Both the position numbers and the translations under genes were made by a program. A stretch of DNA of 64,000 nt, from NCBI RefSeq assembly GCF_009914755.1, contig NC_060928.1. The stretch is one strand, 5' to 3'. Position 1 is the first letter of the stretch. Every line of letters begins with the position of its first letter. The stretch is from the human T2T-CHM13v2.0 reference genome, Homo sapiens. The notes below the pieces were generated by a model. The model saw nothing but the letters and a program-made list of their open reading frames with translations, had not been told where the DNA came from and ran no database searches. Shown in pieces: positions 44,827 through 61,327 of the stretch.

Positions 44827-45205
44827 CAAGAGATAATTCACATGTGCCATCCTCCCTCACCAATTGTAACATTCTCAGAGGTGGAAAGCTGCCAGAGTCA
44901 TTAACCGGCTCTGCATTATGCCATTTCTCTTGCTGTCTAACCTGTCACCTCCATGCCTTCTGCAGTCTTTCCTCTCCTTCAGACTCGCTCTCAGACATAC
45001 GTATCAGTAACTGGTGCCTCGCCTTCCTCCCGCCGCCTAACAGGCTGCTATTCTGCCATCGCCCTCCTGGGAGCGCTGCTGGACCGTGAGCCCGCTCTGG
45101 ATGTTTCCCGCTGAGTTCCTGCCAATCTCCAACCAGCCCAGGTTGGAGCTGTTAGAGCAAGAGTGTCTGCTTTTAACCAGTGCCATAGGCCATGGATTTT
45201 ACTTC
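44827..45205 (-). other. Candidate first exon of an unidentified minus-strand transcript
   Basis: Non-repeat GC/CpG-enriched patch; donor CTTG|gtaaga at 44827/44826; TATA about 25-30 nt upstream of its 5' end. Confidence 0.35.
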
Positions 45206-45240
45206 TGATTCTAAACGACAGCTTGTTTATATAAGATACA
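45195..45240 (-). promoter_or_regulatory. Candidate TATA-box core promoter
   Basis: Minus strand CTTATATAAACAAG (TATAAA at 45226-45231, overlapping a forkhead-like TAAACA); TCAGAAGT initiator-like at about 45201-45208. Confidence 0.33.
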
Positions 45241-45899
45241 AACGTTGGGCACCCTAAAGGTAGCTAAGTTCTTTTTTCTAGATGGTAGTTTTGCAAAGAA
45301 CATACATTATCAATGCAAACCTATTAGTCTTAGCTCTTCGTTATACAGGACAAAGTAAGCCTCCTTTTTGACTAAATTTTATTAAAACGTTGTTGCTTTT
45401 TTGCCTTTTAATTCATAATATTTTAAATACACATGAAATAGTAAAGAGTTTATTAATTCTATCATATATTATGTATTAATAAAAGTTTACATCTGCATTT
45501 CACTGCATGAGAAGTCCTCATAGTAAATATTGTCCTAAATATCTAAATACATGTTTTTTAACATTTACATAGCCAATGAGCATTGTGTAGCTTTAAAAAG
45601 GTTCCTTTTGATAACTTCCATCAGCGATACTGTGAAGCACTTAATAGTGTCTCTGTCACGTCTTTTCCTTTTCTTCCTAGTAACACACAGTTTCTAAATT
45701 TGCTTCTTTTACATATCATATTTATTTACAGCAAAACATTTTCATTTTAAATACTTTTAAATGTAAATATGGTTTCTGTTGTCCACATGGTATCTGTGAT
45801 ACAAATGAGCTAGTTGAAGTAATCAAGAAAACATCTGTTAAAAGAATAAATATTCTTTCATAAATGTGCTATGTATTATCATGACTATCTATTGCTATG

Positions 45900-46420
45900 G
45901 AAGTCCAAAAAGCAGACTAACATTTCCAAAACATAAATAGGATAATGTCACATCCTTGCTAAAATCTTCCAGTGACTTCCTATTGAAATTAAAAGTGTGT
46001 AAAATTTTGCATGGTTTACATTGTGGACGTGATATGCCCCTCTGACCCCACTCTCCAGCCTCTTCTTGCTGTGTCCTGCGTTCCTTTTCCCTGCCCTGCA
46101 CCCAACTCCTAAGCTCTCACTGCGATGCACTTCCTCCAGTTCCTTCAACAGTATAAGGCTGCGTGCACCTGCTCTGCCTCGGCCTTGCACAGTTTCCTTT
46201 ATCTAGAATGCCTTCCCCGCCCTTTCTTGGCCAACCACTCCCCTCCTTTCAGGTCTCAGCTTAAATGTCATTTCATCAGAGTCCCATTCTGACTTTCCCT
46301 CCACTGCCGTCTCTCATAACACCCTCTGCTGCTCTGTCACAGCACCTGTCACATTTGTGGGATTTGGTAGGCATTTGTGTGAGTAGATGTCTCTCATTTC
46401 CACTAAAGTTGAAGTGGGGA
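45900..46420 (+). mobile_element. L2 fragment
   Basis: 'aaaatcttccagtgacttccta', 'tctagaatgccttcccc...ctcctttcaggtctcagcttaaatgtca'. Confidence 0.75.
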
Positions 46421-46558
46421 CCATAGCTTACTGTAAAAATTTGGCTTGTAGACAATGGCTAATTAGGCTCATAATGGCCCTCTGCTAACTTTTTGGCTCT
46501 ATTTTTCTCATATGTAAAGTGTGATGATGGTTCAGTGAGTATATGTACATATTGTTTT

Positions 46559-46618
46559 TATATACACATTTTTATATATGACATATATACACATTTTTAT
46601 ATATGACATATATACACA
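46559..46618. repeat. 25-bp tandem repeat, 2.4 copies
   Basis: tatatacacatttttatatatgaca twice, plus a partial copy. Confidence 0.9.
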
Positions 46619-47619
46619 TAGTGTATATCTTTGGAAAAATTACGTTTAGTAATGATACTGTGAAACACTTCATGGTGCCTATCACATATCTTGTCACATA
46701 CTGTGTGTATATAATATGTATATGAGAATATATATAAATATACATGCATCATTTATAAAAGGACCATAGTAATTATTACGCAAGTGCTTACTTACATGGT
46801 ATTTTGTTCATTACCAAATGTCCAATGGCTACCACATAGTAACCTTCAAAAAGTATCATTATCTGAATTCGTGAGTGAAAATATTTTCCTTGTCCTTATA
46901 GGAAACTAGATACCAAACATTTCCAGTCCACTGGGACAAACATCTTAATTTTCTTGAGAGTTGTGGAATAAGAATAGCAGTGAGAACAAGTGGAATGGGG
47001 AATGCAGAGGACAGACCTTTGAAATCCGTTTCTGTTCTCCCTTGCCATTCTCTTCTAAACTTCAGGGTTCAAGGCAAATCTGGTATATAATCAGGTTATG
47101 ATCTATGATGGCTATTTAATGCACTTATTTATCAAATATCTTTTGACTACCCACTATGTTCTAAGCATGATTCTGTCAGAGATATAAAAGAGAATGAAAC
47201 CCACAAAAATTCCTGCCTTTGCAGAACACGCCTTCAGTAACAGTGGAAATTGAATGAGACACCTTTAGCTTATTCCCATCACTTTGTGGATTTCTAAAGT
47301 AAATGTGATGGAATATCTTGAAACCCCTCCCTGGAAAATTTCAGACCTATTTAGTCAAGGCTCCTAAAGGACTCTGGAACTTCAGAGCTGAGGTCTGGAA
47401 GTACAGTCATAGAGGATCTAACTGAATTAATGAAGCATTTCCCAAAGCGTACACTGTAGTGATGGGTGTTACCTCAAAATGCACAGTCCATGGACAAGTA
47501 TGAAGAACAATGGTTTAAAAAAGAAGCTTTTTGATAATTATTATTACAGGTTTTCTTGCTTTGTTGTGATTCACTTTATGTTAACTCTGGGACTTTCTCA
47601 CTAATATATCTATTTAAAT

Positions 47620-47822
47620 ACCAGTTCAGTCTTTTCCTACTGTGTGCACTTGGGCAAATTACTAAACCTTCCTCTGTTTCAGTTTCCCCATCTATAAAAT
47701 GGGAATTATAACAGTTTTTCCTCATAAAATTATTCAGGATTGTATGAGTCCATACATGTAAATTGTTTAGTACAGAACTTGGCACATGGTAAGTACTTAA
47801 TAAATGTTAATTTTATTATTAT
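47620..47822 (+). mobile_element. MIR
   Basis: 'ttgggcaaattactaaacc...tcagtttccccatctataaaatggg...ggcacatggtaagtacttaataaatgtt'. Confidence 0.85.
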
Positions 47823-48140
47823 TATTTGTTTATTCATATTTATTTATTTATTTATTTGTTGGAGACAGGATCTCTTGCTCTGTAGCCTAAGCTGGAGTGC
47901 AGTGGTGCAATCGTAGGTCACTGCAGTCTTGAGCCCCTGAGCTCAAGCAATCCTCCCGCCTCAGCCTCCTGAGTATCTGGGACTACAGGTGCATGCTGTC
48001 ATATCCAGCTAATTTTTAAATTTTTTGTAGAAACAAGGTCTCACTCTGCTATCCGTGCTTAAACTCCTGGCCTCAAGTGATCCTCCTGTCTTGGCCTCCC
48101 AAAGTTCTGGGATTACAGGTTTAAGCCACAGTCCCTGGCC
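47823..48140 (-). mobile_element. AluJ
   Basis: Antisense Alu with (TTTA)n tail. Confidence 0.9.
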
Positions 48141-48793
48141 AACATTTGTTAGATGTGTCCTGATTACACTGATAAAGACTTTATTACAGAACTTGATTTC
48201 TATAGAATATCCTTGAGAGATATTGAACTTCATCAGGACATTAAACTTTCTGAAAAAGCCAATGAGGTCCATTCTGGCAACTTCAAAAAGGAAGCCTAGG
48301 TCAAGAGATTCAGTCAAATCAGCCTTTGTAAGGAAGGCAAGTGGGAGAGAATCAGTCACCCACACTACAGCAGAGTGTGAGGGCCACTATAGTAACAGGA
48401 AAATCCTGCTCTAATCCAGACAAACACAATGACATTATAGTAAAATGTACTTGCACATATTATGTGGCAAATGTCGGCACAGGCTGTCTACATTTAAGTC
48501 TAAGGGATCTAATATTACCCATAAGATCTCTTATGGGTAATATTCCAAAAGTTGTGAATATAAAAATATAAATGCAGATAGAATCTTTACAGTGAATGTC
48601 ATTAACCCATAACGTGGTTTCTATATATAATTAATGAATTTAAAGTGAATACTCCACATCTATATGACATTTAAAGCAATTATTCTCATCTCCTTCCCAA
48701 GGAACTCATTTAAATTCCTTACTCCCAAATCTCCGTCCTATGAACTTTAACTTACAAATGAGCCACCAAGTATAACATAAAAATTTTGCAGGT

Positions 48794-49147
48794 TGCTATG
48801 GCTTGAATGTTTGTTCCCTCCAAAACTCATGTTAAAATTCAATTGCTATTGTAAGAGTGTTATGATGTAGGACCTTCAAGAAGTGATTAGGCCATGAAGC
48901 CTCCACTCTTAGAGGTGGGATCAGTGCCTTTATAAAAGAAAGAATATGGCCCCCTCTTACTCTCTTGCCCTCTCTTGCCTTTCTGCCACCTGCCATGACA
49001 TGACACAGCAAGAAGGCCCTTGCCAGAAGCCAGTTCCTCAATCTTGGACTTCCCAGTCTCCAGGATCATAAGCCAATGATGATTTTATTAATTATAAATT
49101 ACCCAATCTCAGGTATTCTGTTATAGCAGCACAAATGGACTAAAACA
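48794..49147 (+). mobile_element. MaLR LTR, MST-like
   Basis: 'tgctatggcttgaatgtttgttccctccaaaactcatgtt' to 'gtattctgttatagcagcacaaatggactaaaaca'. Confidence 0.88.
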
Positions 49148-49775
49148 CAGACAGAAAAGATGTAGATAAAGTTTTATGTCTTTCATTTTCTTATTTTCTG
49201 TACCAAATCATTATAATAGCCAGTGTAGATGAGAAAAAAGAATCAAAGGTGTAAATGAGTTTGAGAATAGAAGTCAGATAAGGAATCCGGAATCCAGAAC
49301 CACAAACATTAGGAATCAAAACAAGAGAAGTAAGAATACAAAAGCAATAGAGATGAAGGCTTGGTTATGTGTTTTTATAGGGTTTGGAAAAGACAGCACA
49401 GATTGATAGCTTGTGCCTGCTTTAACTTGTCATACACCCTGTCTTTCCCTATGTGGTCTGGGGTATATAAGTCCCCCTGTAAACTTGTGCTTAGGCTCTG
49501 CCAACACTACGACATCTCAGACCAACCTTAGGGATTCATAACCAAAGATGAACTACATCCTATCTGAATAAGGAAGAACATTACAGGGCTGTGGCTGGAA
49601 ATATTCAAACCTCTCTATGATCAGTTATTGACAGTGATTTCTTTCTCCTGCTCTTCTATACTCTTTACACGTATTAGAAGCTTATGAGTAGATCTTTGGG
49701 ATATTTGTGAGTCTTGTCAAATCATTGCGCTAACTTTGCTGAAGCATTTTTCTCCATTGCTAATTTCAAAAGCAA

Positions 49776-49951
49776 AATCAGGCGATTGAAAGAAATAAAG
49801 GCGATTTGAATAGGAAGAGAGGAAGTCAAACTTTCCCAGTTTGCAGATGATATGATCCTATATCTAGAAAACTCCATTGTCTCAGCCCAAAAGCTTCTTA
49901 AGCTGATAAGCAACTTCGGCAAAGTCTCAGGATACAAACTCGATGTGCAAA
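49776..49951 (+). repeat. Isolated L1 ORF2 fragment that is an inverted copy of 54528-54703
   Basis: 3 mismatches in 176 nt by eye; ORFs 49722-49937(-) and 54500-54814(+) share the peptide [31 protein letters not shown]. Confidence 0.96.
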
Positions 49952-52000
49952 TGTTTAGCTCTTTTGGTTCTCAAGTTCTTTTGTCCCAGAAATGCAAATT
50001 ATAGTTATGTACCCCTTAGATCTAAATTCTACTGCAACAAAAACCAGATACCTCTTCTGGTTCATTATAACAATATTTTGTATCTGTCATATTCTGTAAC
50101 TGTAGTTGGGGTCAGATGGTTGTTAGTTTTGTGATATCATTGGAAGTACTACCTATTTTCAATAAATCAGACAGTATGAGAAATAACATTTAAAACTTTG
50201 CACCATATTCTATTAAGGTTATCACTTCTGAAGATTAATATATATTGTTCAGAGAGATTTGGGAATGGAGTGAATCTCCGAGATGCTCCATCAGATGTGA
50301 AGATGTATTCTCCCTGTGAAGCCATTGTTATTCATGACCCCACACATGCTTACAAAAGCAGTTAGAGGACTTCACCTTGAAAAGGTGTTCTTAAGTGCCA
50401 ACTGTTCTTACACAAAAGGCCAGACAAGAGTTGAAAACTCGACTCTAATATGTAGCCACTTTATTTTCCTTATTGCCTAGATGGAAGAGATTCTTCTCTC
50501 ATTAATGCTTGAGGAATAAATATTTTTAGGCAAGAATTAAAGGGGCTAAAGTATTAAATAATAAAAAACTTGCAAGCATAAGTTAAAATATAAAATTTAA
50601 CAAAATAATTTACCACACAATGAAAACCTCTAAATAAGATATCAGAAAGGTATTTTTTAAAAACAGCTTCTTCTCTTATCTTAGCCTTTCCCCTTTAATT
50701 GACTTCTTTTTCAAGTAATCAGTAAGTCCTTGCTTGGAAGAGATAAACAAGTATAAATAAAACAAACACAATGCAAGTTAGTTTATGTATATACACTTTT
50801 GAATCAGATAGCATTGCCAGCCAATTGAGCTTTCTCCTGTGGTTTCTGTGGGGTCGATATTTTTCATGCTGTGTATGTGCATTTATCTTCCAGTTGATCT
50901 TCCATAATAAAATGAATCCCCCAAAGCTTCAAAGCCAATTAGCTTAGAGTTATATTTTTCATTTTTTCCTTATGAACTTCTTCTTCATTGAAAATACAGT
51001 ACTGATAAAAACAACAAAATACAAAAAAGGGAAAGAGATATGCTTACACCAGAATCTATATTAACAAATCTGTCATATCAGCCATTCTGTTGCTTAGCAG
51101 TCATGAGTAGGTCACGTGGCCAGCATCCTCAGTTTGGCCCAGTTTTCTCAAAGAGAAGACATGATGCTTTCTTACTCGGAGTGAACTGGGTCTTCCATAC
51201 CATCCTGTTAAAAAAGTCAGCTAGGTCTTGCTATGTCTAAAATACAGATATATTAATAAGTCATATACAATTATTGATTAATTGACGATAATATAAGGCT
51301 TTATTAGAAAAGAAAAATGCATTACCATAATGTGTACAACTCAATATCAAAATCACTTTGGACATGAACTAGCTGCCATTTATTTTCATGATTTAAGAAT
51401 ATTAAACAAAAGAGGACAATAAGTATCATAAACTTCATTCTGGGGGAATCAGAATCATCCTCTTTATGAGTTTTATGAGGTATGATATATAAATACACAT
51501 TATGAGAATTGAGCCAAATGTTTACTGCTTACAACTCTCATTAACAACACATCTGTCCATAGGTTTCCTTGTTCCTGATCTAAACGTGGCAGTTCTCACT
51601 GTTGGGCCCTGTTAAATATTGTCGACTAGTTTGTTCAACCTAGATTCCAACGCATCTCTAACTGAGATCTGGGGAAACTAAACAACATTTATCTATTGCT
51701 CTAGGGTCCTTGATACACATCAGATTCCTCAGATTAAATGCATTTGAGTGAGATGTGGAAAGTGAAAGTCAAGCCAAAACCATTTTCTTGTCTTTTTTTG
51801 ATGTTTTTTCTAAAAAGAATATGGAAATTTGAAGATTTTCTGCTTCAATCATTGAATGTCTTTTTCTTTGCTTCTTTTGCTTTCACGGGAAGTTCTGTCA
51901 GAGGCAGCAGTGGCATCAGCCTCGGATTCCTCATCCTGCGTCACAGACACTCTCAAGCGCAGCAGCTGTCTCAGTAGAGCAGGTCCCCTGTGGATCTTGA

Positions 52001-55200
<3,200 letters not shown>

Positions 55201-56015
55201 ACAGTAGACCCTGTTTTTACATTGAGTTCTGACTGATACAGTAGGATTAGAAGCAGTTGTACTTGAGAGATGGGAATTTGGGAGTGATTGTGAGACCTGT
55301 TTTGTGAAAAAAGGATGACCCCTATGTCATTCAAAAATGGAAAATGTGTGGCCCATGACACAGAGCCACTCATAGGATCACCTTCAGTCACTTGAAATAA
55401 AGTGCCTACTGAAGGGAAGGTTTTGAAATGAAATGACCATTGTGATACAGCATCCAGGAGAGTAAAAAGAATACAGAACTCTGGCTATTTCTCATTATAT
55501 TGGGCAATTTTTAAATAAAAAAAGACAGGCTCTGGGCTTTCAATTCTTAGTTCAACACACAGTTACAAGGTTGGGAAACATCTATCATGATCTCCTGCTG
55601 TCACATAACCAACATAGCCAGAAATCAGACACAGAGTTTGATGTCCATAATTTGCTGTATCACAACAAAAACTGAATGCAAAGCCTTTCCATGCCTCTTA
55701 CATCAAAGCTGGAGTATTTCCCAACAGAAAGTGGAATCCTGATGAGGAACATTTTGGTGGATTCTGTTGAACCTGAACACTCTGCATCCCTGAAGACCAG
55801 TGAATATCTCTTCACCCACAGAAACGGTTCTTTCTCTCCTTTGTGATGGAACAAGCCCTGGTTTGTTTGGAGACCCTGGCCACAGCTGCACCTCATAGAC
55901 ACTACACCTATGACAAGAGTTAGATCCCAGCTTGTCCTAGGGAAACGAACAGAATCTGACATGGAAAGAGTTATGTTTCATATCAAATAGATCCATGATT
56001 TTGCTAATATATATA

Positions 56016-56079
56016 TATATATATGGATATACATATATGTATACGTATACATATATACATATGTATATCCATATATATA
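56016..56079. repeat. AT-rich near-perfect palindrome
   Basis: Centre at 56044/56045; arms pair except for a 6-nt bulge at 56057-56062. Confidence 0.9.
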
Positions 56080-56500
56080 CATATATAATGTTAGCTGGAA
56101 GCTGAAGGATATGTGTGAGAATGGGTTCTAACAAGGATAGACAAGGGAAAAAGAAATATAGATCAGACAAAATGTATCAATATAGGTATACCTACCAGAG
56201 ATTATAGACTCAATGTGCCAGCTGAAGCTTCTCACTGTGGTATAAAATGTTGACTTGGTTAGTTGCCTGGAACCTGGACTAAATAGTGTTCTGCACAAAA
56301 CGAAGGTGACATGCCTAACCTTATTTAGTATAATACAGAAAAGGGAATTTTAAGACTTAGATAAAAATGGAATGAGTTTATTTTATGTACTAAATTACTC
56401 AATCTATAGAAATTTATCCTGAGGTGCCTCAGAGGACCCTTCATTTACCTAGGCAATTTAAAAATAAATTGGTAAACAAAATAATTAAAGACAGAAATAT

Positions 56501-56789
56501 GGACCAGGCCTAGTGGCTCATGCCTGTAATCCCAACAATTGAAGAGGCCATGCAGGTGGATCATTTGAGACAAGGAGTTCAAGACCAGCCTGGGCGACAC
56601 AGTGAGACACTAATAAGATATTAGCTGGGTGTGGGGTTTGCACTTGTAGTCCTAGCTATTTGGGAGGCTGAGATGGAAGGATCGCTTGACCTGGGCTTTT
56701 GAGGATGCGGTGAGCTGAGATCGCACCACTGCACTACAGACTGGGTGACAGAGTGACACCGTGCCTCAAAAAAAGAAAAAATAAAATAG
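56501..56789 (+). mobile_element. AluJ with TSD AAGACAGAAATAT
   Basis: 'aagacagaaatatg' on both flanks. Confidence 0.92.
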
Positions 56790-56799
56790 AAGACAGAAA

Positions 56800-57842
56800 T
56801 ATGTAATAAACCACTAGGGGGAAAATAGAAAACTATGAGTTTATACCAAAATATATATCTCTATGTGTACTTATATGCAAAATACTTATACCTAGATATA
56901 CAAAATACATAAATAAATAAAGTAAATAAATAAGAAGATAGGGGCTTTTGTTTTAGAAGAACACCAACTGCTGAATGATAAACATCAGAGGGATGGTGGA
57001 GTTGGAAAAAGGTCATCATTTTTGCAGTCATTACAGTAAAGATTGAGACAGGCAGAAATCATCAACTGATGCTAAAACTAGGAGGATAAATGTTTAAAAG
57101 AGGCAAAATATTTGCGTGATCTTAAATTGTTTTACTACAGATTATTAATTGCAATGTAAAAAGCAGTAACTATATGGTATACAAATCAAATGCCTTGACC
57201 AGATGATAAGGATGCAAATAGACATTGTGTGACTCTCGATTTGATACCCTGAGAAGGACATCAAATCACAATATCCCTTATGTAGTATCCCAGTTGGGAA
57301 GACATGACTGAAATCTAAACATGGGTAAACATCAAACTCAAAATGAGGAACATGCAGTTTTATTTTTTGAAAATGTGGGAGAGGACTATATTCTGCATAT
57401 AAAGGAGGCAAAGAAAGGCTTTAGACATCTTTCAAATTAAATGAATCTAAAAAGACATAATTAAGTGCAGTACCTACCCCTAGACTACATTTTATAATGG
57501 AAGACAAATTCAATGAAGGACGTAACTGGGTTGCTTGATAAAATAGAATGTAGATGATAGATTAAAATACGAGTTAGTATTACATTTACTGAAGGTGATA
57601 ACCACACAGTTGTTACACAAGGATACATTTTTTCTTAAGAAATAAGTACTTAGTGAGGAAGTACCAGGAGGTATGCATCTTATGCTCAGATGCTGAGGCA
57701 GAGACAGGGTCTCTATGATAAAGCAAATGGAGCAACATGTTAAGAAGTGAATCTGGGTAAAGGCTGTACCATTGTTCTTTGTATACGCCTATTTTTGCAA
57801 CTTTGCTATAAGTTTGAAATTATTTTCAGATAAATTAAAAAT
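56800..57842 (+). mobile_element. Old L1MC-type 3' end
   Basis: 'gaaatcatcaactgatgctaaaactagg'; ends 'ttttgcaactttgctataagtttgaaattattttca'. Confidence 0.7.
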
Positions 57843-58727
57843 ATATGTTAATACAAATATACATATAACACCTTGAAAGGTACCATACTGGATATCCTGA
57901 GTAGGTCAGCAAGGAAGGTGGAAAAGGCTGTCCTTGACATAGGCTTAATGACTTCAGTGAAGACAACTGGGTCCCAGAGTGGAGAAGACTAAATGGCAGC
58001 ACTTAACTGCTAGAAACAAGATACTCATGATTACAGAAATAGGCAGCAGAGACAGAAAGGTCATCAGAATAATTTTTCCCATAGGGATCTTTGGTAGTTA
58101 CTAATTAACTATGGGGTCTCTTGGACGAAAATAGTTAGGCAGGCTACTAGAGTCCTATTAGATCTGAATTTAGAGACTCTAGTATTGTAAGCAGAAGTCT
58201 GATTTTGCCATCATAAAAGAGTAAAAGACTCTGCCTTCTAATTCTTAGACATAAACTACTTCTGAACGCCAAAAGTCCCTCAAATACAGAGTAAAACAGA
58301 TTCCTTAAGGAAACACTTTTTGATATTGCCAAATCTTTTCTCTGGTCTCCCTGCAAAGGACGCAGAGCCCCTTACCATGGGCCTGAAAAAGGAAATGCCC
58401 AGGCCTTTCAGGGATTACTGAGCTTGGACTAATGCATGGGGTCGTAAGGTCCCCAGCATATTGCATATCTGTCTTCTCTGCCCAAGTTTAGAGTCATTTG
58501 AGATATAGACAATAGACATTAAAGAACATTTTGCATATCAATTAATATAATTGGAGAATTGTTGTCGGATATGGTCAAGTAGGTTAGGGAACTCATCATT
58601 CCAGGTTCCCAACCCCAGAAATACCTGGGCGGCAGCATAACCTCCCCTCAAGCACATATGTTATTACATTACAGTGGTCTAATTAACAGCCCGATTGGAG
58701 TCTATTACTTCAGTTGTCTAAAGGTTT

Positions 58728-59043
58728 TGAGACAGCCAGGTGGGAACGGCTCCCTGGCAAAACTCCATCTGGCCTGAGCACGGGTGAAGCCACAGAAGTT
58801 CACGCCATTTGCAGTGGAACGGAGCCTGGCCCTTTCTCTTTGGAACCTGGGATTCAAACTGCGAGGTAGGAAGCTCACCAGCAGGGACTCTGGCTTTGCA
58901 GAGGGTCCCTGTTTTCCCTTTTATCCCTTTTCATCCAATAAAACCCTGCCTTACTCACCCTTCAATTTTCTGCAGACCTAAATTTCCATGACCATGTGGC
59001 AAGGACCCTGTCTTTAGCTGAACTAAGGAAAAGTCCTGCAACA
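58728..59043 (+). mobile_element. ERV1 solo LTR, MER61-like
   Basis: 'tgagacagccaggtggga...ccaataaaaccctgccttactcaccc...tagctgaactaaggaaaagtcctgcaaca'. Confidence 0.85.
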
Positions 59044-60349
59044 TTTTGAGACTAAATTCAAGTGACTATTTTATGACCTGCTTGGCCACTTGGCCTTTTA
59101 ACTATGAATTGCTGAGTAAATAAATTGTCCAGACATGGCATGATAGCCATTCGAATGGCTCACTGAATTTTTTTTTAAAAAGCTACAGAATTGATATTAA
59201 AGCAACAAATGGGCAATATTTACCTGTGGAAGGCTGCAAATTCTGTTTCATTTTTGGGCCAGGGAATACGTGAGGAGCTATGAATCATGTTAAAGATATA
59301 AAGGGATTACTGATAAGGCCTAAATTTTTTTCAACCTAACAGCTGTGCAGAAAAATTTTCATAATGCTTGCATTTAATTACATAAAGAGTGGTACAGTCT
59401 CTTTCACTTTATCTCAGTAATGAAGGCTTGATTCTGAAGATAATCCAGGGTCTTTCCCTGTCAAGGCCAGCATGTGGGTAACAGTGAATTCAATTCCCAC
59501 TCTTCACTATCCTTAGACGATAAAACAAGAATAATTTTTCACATGCATTATAAAGATGAAAAATAGTACCGTAGGGCGTATTTTCTTTAATGTACTCTAA
59601 AAATATAGAGAGGTAGCATGATAGACAGATGTATAAAAGAAAAAAAAATTAGCCTCTGAGCCATTTCTAGAGTTCACTGTAACACCATTCAACAAAAATT
59701 AAAGAATATGAAAGAGTCCTTTCCTTAAAAAAAAGAAACAGTAGTTTGTTAAATTTTCTAGTACTGAAGCTTCTTTGTGTGGGATTTAGCCACAGCCTCT
59801 GATGGCTTGCAAGATTGCTAGTTTTATGGAAATAATTAGGAAGCCCAGCTCTGCCTTGTAAACTAGGAGTCTTGAGGTTAATTAAAGTAAAATGAATGCT
59901 GCATATATAAGAACCACCAGTAAAGCTTGACAGTCAGGTATGTAGAATTCTGTCATCTGCTGAGAATACAGACAAAGAAAGCCAGCATCATAAATTAACT
60001 GGGAATATGTTTAGACTTTTTATAATAATCTTCAATCAACCTTGACATCAGACACATGTCGATGGCATATAGTTGTACACTACAGTGATTTTATTCACAG
60101 TATATAGACATTTCCAAAATATTTCTATGGATTCCTAATATATGGTGAATATTTTTCTCTATTTTTTTAAAAGAGAGATAGATGTAAAACTTTTTGCACA
60201 GGCTCATTGATTTCATTAAAGATGTCAAAGGTCAGCTAATTTAGTTGGCCACCTCTAACGAAAATTATATTTCATAAATGGCTTATTTCCAAAAATCATT
60301 CAAAAAGATGGTAGTGCTACCCCCAAAACAGTGCAAACATCCTATCTCT

Positions 60350-60570
60350 GGGAAGGAACAAGAATCAGGAGACTTGGGTTTAGAGCCAGAATCTGCCTCT
60401 TCAAAGGAGAGTGAACTGAGCAAGTCTCCTAAACTTTCTGAGCCCGTTTTTAAAATATGAAATAGATACAAAAAGCAGTAGCTTGTTGACTTCGTGAAGT
60501 TTTTATGAGGATAAAATAAGAAATACAAATGCATTTTCTACTGTAAAGCACTATGTACATGTTAGAAATT
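60350..60570 (+). mobile_element. MIR
   Basis: 'gaatcaggagacttgggttt...gagcaagtctcctaaactttctgagccc...tgtaaagcact'. Confidence 0.65.
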
Positions 60571-61327
60571 TATTAAAGAAAACATATTCCCTTTTTTTAA
60601 AAATAAGTAAGTTTTCTATTAATTTGTTATATGGAAGCAGCTTTGTTGGAGGCAAGGAGTTGTCTCTTTACAAATGCCGGAAGTTATAGCCCTCTGCCAG
60701 ACAGTTCAAAGTTCACAATAATGAACAGACAGAATAACACGTGAGATTTCATAGACAAACTAACCTAGAGTAGAAAGTTACGTAAGTCAGAGATGGATGA
60801 GTGTATGAAATGTCCATAGAAAGTGCTATTTGTGCCATATATAGATAGGTAAGACATGGGCACAACTGAAAAAATATAATCTCAATCATAGTTATTTGAA
60901 AGATTTCAGAAAATATTTAATCAAATTAAATGAATATTAGTTTGCAGCAGAGTTTTAATAGTTAACATAGCTAACCTAGAGTAAATAGAAGTCTAAAGAA
61001 TATTAATTCTGCATTTAAGTGCCCTGGGAAGTTTCCTATATGGCAGTGAAAACGCAATATACCATTCTGGGATGTCAAAATGCAGAAATAAGGTAAAATA
61101 ATATTACACTAGCATTGTGTATCTATCCATTCTGAAATAAGCATTGAGGGAGGAATGTGAGGGTTTAAGAGTATGAACTTTACAGCATGGATTTGTAACA
61201 TCACTATTGACAGATCACAAGCATTGTTTTCCTTAATTCCTAGTCTAGTATATTCTAACCAATGTCTACTTAAGTGAAGCACATACATTCTATGTTTATA
61301 CTGTGAAAACACATACAATTTAAAAGC

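Larger units (their letters stand above)
55241..58440 (+). mobile_element. Decayed ERVL internal region (gag to protease start), interrupted
   Basis: 'gatatgtgtgagaatgggttctaac...gatcagacaaaatgtatcaatatagg' and 'aatggcagcacttaactgc...gatctttggtagttactaatt' resemble ERVL gag; follows the LTR terminus; no intact ORF. Confidence 0.6.

Noticed and set aside
58725-59052. 9-bp direct repeat ttttgagac around the MER61-like LTR
   Set aside because: The left copy overlaps the LTR's own TGAGAC start; most likely a 4-bp TSD plus coincidence.
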